Assembly: GCA_964543385.1 (NCBI GenBank)
Contig: CAZIYE010000001.1
Coordinates: 279,868-343,867 of the forward strand
Direction: 5' to 3'
Source: an uncultured Candidatus Saccharibacteria bacterium
Lineage (GTDB): Bacteria > Patescibacteriota > UBA1384 > XYA2-FULL-43-10 > 1-14-0-10-43-13
DNA: 64,000 nt
Position 1 is the first letter of the stretch, and every line of letters starts with the position of its first letter. Positions 50,508 through 60,663 of this stretch are shown here, in pieces. The notes beneath the pieces are model-generated. The model saw nothing but the letters and a program-made list of their open reading frames with translations. It was not told the DNA's origin and did no database searches. The position numbers were made by a program, and so were the translations under genes.

Positions 50508-51043
50508 CAGATTGCCTTTGTATATTCTAATAACTTGTTAGCTGCTGCTGACAATTCAATATTTGATATTTGATACTCATTTTCATGGGCTATTTGGTTC
50601 CTGACCTTGTGCCCCTGCCATATTTCATTATACAAATTTTGGTTGACCGATGACTGAGCCTCCCTCAACCTATCTGCAAAAGTTTCCCCACTATAGCCTT
50701 GTGCTTTTAGCACATAGTCGACCAATTTATCAGCTTCTATCACTAAATGTTTCAACTCTATTTCACTATTCGTATTTAGCATTGATTCAATCTGGTGTCT
50801 CTTCGTAACTACATAGTTTCGATCTTCCAGGCTCATACCGACCTTATTGACACCAAATTTAATGCCTTTAAAAGGTAAGGAAACGAGCCACCATAAAGCC
50901 TTGAATAGACCAATAACTATTATCTCCAGAATGGTCTGCTGATTCTGATTCCTCTTACCTTTATAATTTTGATTATAAGACATATTCTGACTTTTCTCGT
51001 TACTGTCATCTCGAGCTTGTGCGAGAGATCCCATGTGCTCCAT
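50507..51043 (-). CDS. Membrane-anchored HEPN-like protein (Rx4H motif KVRNQIAHENEY)
   Basis: N-terminal TM helix; C-terminal helical domain with R-x4-H; start taken at ATG 51043 (SD AGGTGA), although the track ORF begins at GTG 51055. Confidence 0.5.
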   Translation of the reverse strand: MEHMGSLAQARDDSNEKSQNMSYNQNYKGKRNQNQQTILEIIVIGLFKALWWLVSLPFKGIKFGVNKVGMSLEDRNYVVTKRHQIESMLNTNSEIELKHLVIEADKLVDYVLKAQGYSGETFADRLREAQSSVNQNLYNEIWQGHKVRNQIAHENEYQISNIELSAAANKLLEYTKAI

Positions 51044-51101
51044 GAAATTTCTCACCTTTGGTTCGAAATGACAATCAATTAATAACTAAATTATAATAAA
51101 A

Positions 51102-51839
51102 TTATTTAATCTCAATTGAATTAATCAAAACTGGGTTAAGCGGTTTATCCTGATCATCTGCTGGAACCTCAGAAATCGCTTTCACGATATCAAGACCTTT
51201 GGTCACTTTCCCGAAAACCGTATGTTTGCCATCGAGATGAGGCTGTGCTTTCTCTGTCACAATGAAAAACTGGCTTCCATTAGTATCTGGTCCAGAATTA
51301 GCCATTGCTAGTGATCCTACTTCCATCTTGTGCGAGCTTAATTTCCTATCATAATTGTATCCAGTCTTCTCAAGATCCAGTACCTGACTTTCAGATAAAC
51401 CTAAACTCTCAGGATTTATCTCATCCGCAAAATAACCACCAAAAGCACTCTCGCCTCCAGTACCATCTCCGCTAGGATCACCACCCTGAATCATAAAGCC
51501 TTTAATAACTCTGTGCCAAGTTAGTTTGTCGTAGTAGCCTCTTTGAGACAGTTTGCTAAAATTATCAACTGTTTGCGGTGCATCATTATTATATAATTCT
51601 ACCTCTACATCCCCCATCGATGTATGTATGATTGCTTGATCTCCCATGACTATTTCATCCTTTCTTATAAATGGAAAAGCTATTATTAGCAAAAGACAGA
51701 TTGTGTACACCCAGACATCAATTTTCTTCCAAAAATTTGCAAATGGATTTTTTTCTACCTCAATTCTTCTGACAAAATCCTTCCGCTCTTTTTCAACCAT
51801 GTCTCTTTTTTCTCTTTTGACCTTTGCTCTTTTTCCCAT
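51102..51839 (-). CDS. ppiB: Cyclophilin-type peptidyl-prolyl isomerase with N-terminal TM anchor
   Basis: HRVIKGFMIQGGDP, FFI..T cyclophilin motifs. Confidence 0.85.
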   Translation of the reverse strand: MGKRAKVKREKRDMVEKERKDFVRRIEVEKNPFANFWKKIDVWVYTICLLLIIAFPFIRKDEIVMGDQAIIHTSMGDVEVELYNNDAPQTVDNFSKLSQRGYYDKLTWHRVIKGFMIQGGDPSGDGTGGESAFGGYFADEINPESLGLSESQVLDLEKTGYNYDRKLSSHKMEVGSLAMANSGPDTNGSQFFIVTEKAQPHLDGKHTVFGKVTKGLDIVKAISEVPADDQDKPLNPVLINSIEIK

Positions 51840-51864
51840 ATCTAACCTTATATTTATAAAATAA

Positions 51865-53370
51865 TTAGTTTATCTTTGGTTTCTTTAGATGATGATTAGT
51901 TGACTTTTGAAATGCATAACCGATATTAAACAAAGTCTGCTCCCCCCACATTGGACCGATCAGCTGCATACCGACAGGCAAATCCTTTCCTTCTCTCTGT
52001 ACGAAGCCCGCAGGGATACTCATCGCCGGTAATCCTGCTGGATTTGCAGGCACGGTCAATATATCTGATAAATACATGCTCAAAGGATCATTTGTCTTTT
52101 CGCCAACTTTGAAAGCTGGAACTGGCGATACAGGGGCGACCAATACATCTATTTCTTTAAAGACCTTGTCAAACTCTTCTTTTATCAGGGTTCTGACTTT
52201 CTGAGCCTTTTTGTAATATGCATCATAATAACCAGCCGAAAGAACATAACTCCCGAGCATTATCCGTCTTTTTGCTTCATCGCCAAAGCCAAGAGCCCGA
52301 GATTTTTCATAAACTTGCTCTAACCCTCCTTTAAAATGTTCATCTTCCAGAACAGAAAGGCCGTAATGAATTCCATCATATCGTGCAAGATTTGAACTTA
52401 CTTCTGCTGGCATTAAAATATAATAAACAGCAAGTGCAAAATGAGCCATTGGCAGTGAAACGTCACGAATGATTGCTCCAAGTTCTTCTAACTCTTTGAT
52501 CGCATTTCTTACCATCTTCTCGACCTCTGAATCTAAACCATCCCCAAAGAATTCTTTTGGTATACCTATCTTCAGGCCCTTAATGTCTGACTTTAAATTT
52601 TGAGAGTAGTCTGGTGTTTCCTTTATAGAACTCGTTGAATCATGGCTATCATAACCAGAGATATATTTAAGTAGTATTGCAGCATCTTCAACCGTCTTTG
52701 TCATGGGCCCTGCCTGATCAAGCGAAGAAGCCATCGCAATAGTGCCATATCGAGAAACACGACCATATGTAGGCTTAAAACCAGTAATCGAACAGTGGCT
52801 AGCTGGTTGTCTTATTGAACCACCAGTATCTGTTCCAATAGCAGCAATACAAAGATCAGCCGCAACTGCCGCTGCTGAACCGCCGGATGACCCCCCAGGT
52901 ATTCTGTTTGTGTCCCAAGGATTTCGAGTAGTAGAATTAAATTCGGTAGCAGTATTGTAAGCTGAAGTTTCAGTAGATGATCCCATCGCAAACTGATCTA
53001 GATTTGTCTTGCCAATAAGTACAGCACCCGCTTCCCATAGTTTTCTTGTTACGCAAGACTCATAAATAGGAACATAGTTTTCTAATATTTTAGAAGCGGC
53101 AGTCGTCTTAACACCTTTTGTCAGAAATAAATCCTTGACCGCAATTGGAATACCATCAATTTCGCTTAGTGTTTTGCTATTTTTACGACGCTCATCGGAA
53201 GCTTTAGCCATCTCTAAGGCTTTTTCCTTGCAAAGTGTTATATATGAGCCAACCTTTGGCTCAACCTCTTCAATACGCTCAAAAATACTTGAGATCAGCT
53301 CAATAGCAGTAATCTCACCTTTAGCGAGTTTCTCAGAAGCTTCTTTTATTGTAAGTGAATATAATTCCAT
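51865..53370 (-). CDS. gatA: Glu-tRNA(Gln) amidotransferase subunit A
   Basis: Amidase signature GGSSGGSAAAVAA; Ser-cisSer-Lys triad context. Confidence 0.9.
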   Translation of the reverse strand: MELYSLTIKEASEKLAKGEITAIELISSIFERIEEVEPKVGSYITLCKEKALEMAKASDERRKNSKTLSEIDGIPIAVKDLFLTKGVKTTAASKILENYVPIYESCVTRKLWEAGAVLIGKTNLDQFAMGSSTETSAYNTATEFNSTTRNPWDTNRIPGGSSGGSAAAVAADLCIAAIGTDTGGSIRQPASHCSITGFKPTYGRVSRYGTIAMASSLDQAGPMTKTVEDAAILLKYISGYDSHDSTSSIKETPDYSQNLKSDIKGLKIGIPKEFFGDGLDSEVEKMVRNAIKELEELGAIIRDVSLPMAHFALAVYYILMPAEVSSNLARYDGIHYGLSVLEDEHFKGGLEQVYEKSRALGFGDEAKRRIMLGSYVLSAGYYDAYYKKAQKVRTLIKEEFDKVFKEIDVLVAPVSPVPAFKVGEKTNDPLSMYLSDILTVPANPAGLPAMSIPAGFVQREGKDLPVGMQLIGPMWGEQTLFNIGYAFQKSTNHHLKKPKIN

Positions 53371-53511
53371 GACTTTGTCATCCTCGGAACAGGCGAAGCC
53401 ATGACCCGGGGATCCAGTTTACTAAATTTTTTAAATAGACTCCTGATCTCAAGCTTTCAGGCTGCCCGCAATCCAGTAACTTATGCAGGCGGGCCTAGAA
53501 TGACATCTTTT

Positions 53512-53805
53512 TTACTCAAATACCCCAGGCACCACAAAACTGCCGTCTTTAAATTCTGGTGCATTCTTGGCAATATCGTCATGCGATATACCAGATTCTA
53601 TTACCTCGTCTTCTCTATAAATATTTTCAAGACCTGTAATATTTGCTGTTGGCAAAACACTGTCAGTATTAACCTGACTTAGCTGTTCAACATATGCCAA
53701 AACAGAGGAAAGCTGCTCGCTATAGAGCTCTTTCTCTTCTCCTGTCAATGATAGTTTAGAAAGTTTTGCAATATGCTCAACTTCATCAATACTTAGTTTG
53801 GCCAT
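53512..53805 (-). CDS. gatC: Glu-tRNA(Gln) amidotransferase subunit C
   Basis: MAKLSIDEVEHIAKLSKLSL; start taken at the internal Met matching GatC length (97 aa). Confidence 0.8.
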   Translation of the reverse strand: MAKLSIDEVEHIAKLSKLSLTGEEKELYSEQLSSVLAYVEQLSQVNTDSVLPTANITGLENIYREDEVIESGISHDDIAKNAPEFKDGSFVVPGVFE

Positions 53806-53871
53806 AAAAAAAGCGTTAATATTACATCCAAATCCTAACATTAACGCTCACAAAGTTCAACTGCAATATCC

Positions 53872-54732
53872 CTATGTGTCTTTCTCACTTTTAATATCAT
53901 CCTTACCGCCCAGAAAAAGTCCTCTGTTTATCTCCGTATTTGGAATATTTACGATCTGCAATCTTTTTCCCGTTCGACCATGAATTAAAGTATAAACTGC
54001 CATTCTTATCCCACTAGGGATAAAGAAAAAGAGATATTTAAATAATGCAAGGAATGTCCACCTGTCATACATGGGCTGTGTCTGATGATGCCTTAGGGCA
54101 GCATGCAATTGTGCAGCTGTTTTGCCCTCAAAAAGCGTATAACCCTTGCCTATAGCCTCTACAATATGAGCATCACTCGATCCTGTTTCCCCCCGAAATA
54201 ATAATGTTCTATTAACAAAACCAGCTCTAAGATTCTCCTCTTCTAATGTCGGAGTAGCATTCACAATTTCAATAGCATCAAGATTTTCCTTTTCTTTCAT
54301 GAGAGTGACCAGCCCAATACCGTCAAGAGTAGCATAATGAGGATGACGAATTCTGACATGTTGGAAAGGATGGGCCGCAATCGAAATTCCTCCCTGTTCT
54401 TTGATTTTCTTTAAAGCCAAATGGGCACTAATATTTGCTGGGATTTTTTCTGTTAAGAAAAGGCCAACTATATGTCCCTCTTTGCAAGTCACCTCTTCGC
54501 CGACTATTAATTCGAATCGGTATTTTTTCCTTTTCATCACTTCAACGGCCTCTAAGGCGCCATCAATCTTATCGTGGTCCGTAATAGCAATAACATCCAG
54601 ATCAGTTTTGTTCTCAACATAATCTAGTATCTCTTCTACCGTCGGCCTTCCATCAGAATGATTAGAATGAATATGCAAATCAGCCTTACCTAGATGAGCT
54701 AGTTCTTCAATTTTGTGTATTCCGTGCTTCAT
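53872..54732 (-). CDS. PHP-domain metal-dependent phosphoesterase
   Basis: DLHIHSNHSDG and ITDHD motifs. Confidence 0.75.
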   Translation of the reverse strand: MKHGIHKIEELAHLGKADLHIHSNHSDGRPTVEEILDYVENKTDLDVIAITDHDKIDGALEAVEVMKRKKYRFELIVGEEVTCKEGHIVGLFLTEKIPANISAHLALKKIKEQGGISIAAHPFQHVRIRHPHYATLDGIGLVTLMKEKENLDAIEIVNATPTLEEENLRAGFVNRTLLFRGETGSSDAHIVEAIGKGYTLFEGKTAAQLHAALRHHQTQPMYDRWTFLALFKYLFFFIPSGIRMAVYTLIHGRTGKRLQIVNIPNTEINRGLFLGGKDDIKSEKDT

Positions 54733-54738
54733 TATTGC

Positions 54739-56769
<2,031 letters not shown>

Positions 56770-56885
56770 CTACCTTCAAAGAGGAGTCAATTCAATAGAA
56801 AAAGAACTCTCATAAAGTCACGATTTGAACGGAATTAGAGCATTTAATTCTGTTCAGTATTTATCGTTTCTGTTATAAATAAGAT

Positions 56886-57809
56886 ATGAAAGAAAATTTG
56901 ATTATTACAAGTTATGATGGACCTGATCTCGATGGTACTGCCTCTGCAATAGCCTATTCAGAATTACTATGTGAAAATGGACAGTTTGCAATGCCCATAC
57001 TAACAGGTCAACCACATCCTGAAGTTAAATACATTCTTGAACGCCTCCACATAGACTATCCTACCGGAAATATTGATTCAGAATCAAAGATTATATTAGT
57101 TGATACAAGCGATCTACCTGGACTTTCCAGATCAATAAACCCCGAAAAGGTGGTAGAGATAATTGATCACCGCAAAGTATCAGATGAAAATGCTTTCAAG
57201 AATGCAAAAAAACAAATTGAATTAGTGGGGGCGGCAGCCACCCTCATTACTGAGAAGTTTTACGATCAGAAAATAAAACCGACAGAAATTTCGGCTATTT
57301 TGCTTTATAGAGGAATGATTTCAAATACCTTGAATTTCCAATCTGCAAGCACTACAAAAAGAGATCTAGACATGGCGAATTGGTTATCAAATATTGCGGA
57401 AATTCCAACCGATTTAGCTAAAGAAATGTTTGATGCCAAAACAAAAGCTATCCTTCAAAATCTCGAGAAAAATCTTGAAGATGATCTTAAAATACAAAAT
57501 TGCGATAATACTTCAGTTGGAATAGCACAATTAGAACTAGCAAGTTCAGCCACAATTCTTAGTTGTCTGGCCCAAATAAATAGCGCTCTTTTGACAATCA
57601 AAAGAAAGTTATCTTTGGATGATATTTTCCTAACAGTTGTAGATATTAATGAAAAATTTAATTTAATTATCGCCCCAGAAGAAAAGATTCATTCTGTTCT
57701 CGAGAAATCTCTCCATATAACATTCAAAGACGGTTATGCTGTTCGACCAGGCCTTATCTTACAAAAAGAAATAATTCCACTAATAAAGGAACTTTATGAC
57801 AGAAGTTAA
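56886..57809 (+). CDS. DHH/DHHA1-family phosphoesterase (motif III reads DHR)
   Basis: DGPDLDGTAS, LVDTSD, IDHRK, GAAAT motifs. Confidence 0.65.
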   Translation: MKENLIITSYDGPDLDGTASAIAYSELLCENGQFAMPILTGQPHPEVKYILERLHIDYPTGNIDSESKIILVDTSDLPGLSRSINPEKVVEIIDHRKVSDENAFKNAKKQIELVGAAATLITEKFYDQKIKPTEISAILLYRGMISNTLNFQSASTTKRDLDMANWLSNIAEIPTDLAKEMFDAKTKAILQNLEKNLEDDLKIQNCDNTSVGIAQLELASSATILSCLAQINSALLTIKRKLSLDDIFLTVVDINEKFNLIIAPEEKIHSVLEKSLHITFKDGYAVRPGLILQKEIIPLIKELYDRS

Positions 57810-58440
57810 GATATTGCTTGAAGGGTACACTAACGCCGACAAGAAAAATGCCGACGAAGAAGAGAGCACTAGATGTACTAGTACTCTAATTAGAAGCGAT
57901 AATATGATTATTATTTCCGATCCTGGAGTCTTAACCAGTCAGCAGATAATGATTGATGCTTTGGCTAAAGAGAATTTAACCGTCAATGATATTACCCACG
58001 TTTTTATCACGCACTCCCACATGGATCACTACCGAAATATTGGCATGTTCCCAACAGCCAAAGCTATTGATTATTGGGGTATCTGGTATGAAGATAAAAT
58101 CGATGATTTACCAGAGAAATTGAATAACGATATTTCTGTTGTTAATACCCCGGGCCATAATTACGATAACTTAACTATGATTGTCAAAACAGACAATGGT
58201 AAAATTGCCATTGTCGGAGACCTCTGGTGGAGCGAAAGAGGTCCAGAAATTGATCCCTATGCATCAGATATGATTGAACTAAAAAAGTCTCGTACAAAGA
58301 TATTAGAACTCGCCGGCTATATAATTCCCGGACATGGCAAAATGTTTAAAATAGTTTTAAAATTCCCCAGAGGCCTAAAAGGCCCTGGGGAGGATGCCAC
58401 CAAACAAACAGTACGAAAAAAAGTACCAGTACTACTATAA
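57796..58440 (+). CDS. MBL-fold metallo-hydrolase
   Basis: THSHMDH zinc-binding motif. Confidence 0.75.
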   Translation: MTEVKILLEGYTNADKKNADEEESTRCTSTLIRSDNMIIISDPGVLTSQQIMIDALAKENLTVNDITHVFITHSHMDHYRNIGMFPTAKAIDYWGIWYEDKIDDLPEKLNNDISVVNTPGHNYDNLTMIVKTDNGKIAIVGDLWWSERGPEIDPYASDMIELKKSRTKILELAGYIIPGHGKMFKIVLKFPRGLKGPGEDATKQTVRKKVPVLL

Positions 58441-58594
58441 GAAATACGAGTACTGAAATAAAAATTCTCCACTGTAAATCTGGCGTGATCGGATTGCCGC
58501 GTTTTGTAGTAGCCTTAATCCCGAAGAAAAACACAAGCAGGGCAATCACGAGACCCGCTGCAAGCGGTATTGCTAACAAAACAAGAGTATTCAT
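58346..58594 (-). CDS. Possible small membrane protein, convergently overlapping the MBL gene end by 95 nt
   Basis: 82-aa ORF with two strongly hydrophobic helices. Confidence 0.3.
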   Translation of the reverse strand: MNTLVLLAIPLAAGLVIALLVFFFGIKATTKRGNPITPDLQWRIFISVLVFLIVVLVLFFVLFVWWHPPQGLLGLWGILKLF

Positions 58595-58667
58595 CTATCA
58601 CTCTCCCCCTTCTGCAATGTGATAGTACTATAAATTAATTAGGTCATTATGTCAATAGAAAAATGGT

Positions 58668-59579
58668 CTAGAGACTCATGTCTCGCAAAACTTTAATCCG
58701 CTCCTTTATTGGCGGATGAGTTGCAAATATTTTAGTAAAAAAAGATTGGTCTTTTTCTCCACCCTCACTACCTAAAGGATTAGAAATATATAAATGAGCA
58801 GTAGCAGAACTCGCATGCTCGATTGGTTCTTTAGATCTGGAAATTTTTTCTAAGGCAGCAGCAAGCCCTTCTGGATATCTTGTTAACAAAGCTCCGTCAG
58901 CATCTGCGAGGAATTCTCTTTTTCGAGATATCGCCAGTTGAATCAACATGGCAACTATTGGCGCCAAAACTGCTGCTACTATCGCCAAGATAGCCATCAG
59001 CTGGCCACTATCATTTCGATCATCTCTGCTACGTCCGAATCCAAAAATACGAGACCTTAAGAATAGGTCTGAGACAACGGCGATAATACCAACAAGTATA
59101 GCCGTAATTGTCATCAAACGAATATCATAATTGCCAACATGAGACATTTCATGTGCTATAACACCCTGAAGCTCATTTTTGCTCAATTGCTGCAGTAAGC
59201 CAGATGTCACAGCGATTGAAGCATGTTTCGGGTCTCGCCCAGTGGCAAAAGCATTTGGAACTGGTTCGGAAATAACATAGATCTTTGGCATCGGCAGTCC
59301 AGAAGTTATCGCGATATTTTCGACAATATTCCAAAGCTCCTGATTATCTTTTTTTACAATCTCTTGCGCTCCTGATGTGGCCAAAATAATTTTGTCACCC
59401 GAATAATAACCCACCAAGGACTGAGTTATTGCAATTATAATTGCAATAATCAATATTAGAGGAGAATTATAATTATAAGAAAAGAACCATCCCAACCCAA
59501 TAACAATAACCACGAATAAGAAAACCAGCAAAAAGCTCCTTCTTTTGTTTGAATCAGCTTGTACCCAAAGATTTTTCAT
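58668..59579 (-). CDS. htpX: M48 zinc metalloprotease HtpX
   Basis: HEMSHVGNYD HExxH motif, 4 TM. Confidence 0.85.
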   Translation of the reverse strand: MKNLWVQADSNKRRSFLLVFLFVVIVIGLGWFFSYNYNSPLILIIAIIIAITQSLVGYYSGDKIILATSGAQEIVKKDNQELWNIVENIAITSGLPMPKIYVISEPVPNAFATGRDPKHASIAVTSGLLQQLSKNELQGVIAHEMSHVGNYDIRLMTITAILVGIIAVVSDLFLRSRIFGFGRSRDDRNDSGQLMAILAIVAAVLAPIVAMLIQLAISRKREFLADADGALLTRYPEGLAAALEKISRSKEPIEHASSATAHLYISNPLGSEGGEKDQSFFTKIFATHPPIKERIKVLRDMSL

Positions 59580-59667
59580 ATTACAAATCTAGACTATATA
59601 AATAGATTAAACAAGAACTATGCATATCAAAAAAACAAAAAAGAACTAAGAACTTATCGTGGAACAA

Positions 59668-60027
59668 CTATTTAGCAAATTTGCCAATAAAAGGTAATGG
59701 TCTTTCATGACCAGTCGCTACATTTATTATGCCGACAACAAAACAAACAAGAATGAAGAGTGCAAACAGTATTGGCAGAATTGAGACATAAAATGTAAAG
59801 AAAAAAACAACCGTAACAATCAATAGTGCTATCCCCTGACGAACATGAAATTGCACAAAACTACTTTTCTTGCAGAAAAAAAGAGGTATGAGTAGCAGAA
59901 CATTAAAATATGCTAATAACGCACAGATTGTCAGTCCGTTGAATTTTCTTAAATTAAATTTCGACCAATCAAGATTTCTAATCTTAATTTTTGGAACATT
60001 GATTGTCGATAAAGGTAATTTGCCCAT
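59668..60027 (-). CDS. DUF4870-like membrane protein
   Basis: FHVRQG motif between TM helices. Confidence 0.5.
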   Translation of the reverse strand: MGKLPLSTINVPKIKIRNLDWSKFNLRKFNGLTICALLAYFNVLLLIPLFFCKKSSFVQFHVRQGIALLIVTVVFFFTFYVSILPILFALFILVCFVVGIINVATGHERPLPFIGKFAK

Positions 60028-60045
60028 TTGTTTCCTACTATTTAG

Positions 60046-60603
60046 TTATTTACTGAAGTCAACTTTGACTGGTTCTTTTGCAGCGACTTCTTCAAGCTCA
60101 AACAAATCACGTTTTTTAAAGCCAAACATATTTGCAAATATGTTAGTTGGAAAAGTTTGAACAGCAATATTCATTTCACGAACATTTGAGTTATAAAACC
60201 TTCTCGACGCTTGTATTTTATCTTCAGTATCAGTAAGATCAGCCTGTAATTGCGCAAAATTTTGATTTGCCTTAAGATCTGGATATGCCTCAGCAACAGC
60301 AAAGATCGATTTAAGTGCACCTTCTATCTGGTTCTCAGCCTTCGCCTTGTCGCCAACACTTTGAGCGCCTAGTGCCTCCGCTCTTGCTCTTGTCACATTC
60401 TCAAAAGCTTCTTTCTCATGCTTTGCATAACCTTTTACTGTTTCTACAAGATTAGGAATTAGATCATATCGACGCTTCAGTTGAACATCAATATCACTCC
60501 ACGCCTCATCTGTCCTCACATTCAATTTAACAAGATTATTATAGATTGCGATGACTGCTATGGCCAAAACTGCTACTATAGCGATGACTATCCAAACTAA
60601 CAT
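60046..60603 (-). CDS. lemA: LemA-family protein
   Basis: N-terminal TM + NNLVKLNVRTDEAWSDIDVQLKRRYDLIPNLV. Confidence 0.85.
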   Translation of the reverse strand: MLVWIVIAIVAVLAIAVIAIYNNLVKLNVRTDEAWSDIDVQLKRRYDLIPNLVETVKGYAKHEKEAFENVTRARAEALGAQSVGDKAKAENQIEGALKSIFAVAEAYPDLKANQNFAQLQADLTDTEDKIQASRRFYNSNVREMNIAVQTFPTNIFANMFGFKKRDLFELEEVAAKEPVKVDFSK

Positions 60604-60663
60604 AGTTTCTCCATTCTGTTTGTTTAATACAAATTTAAAAGTTCAATGAACTACTCGATCATA

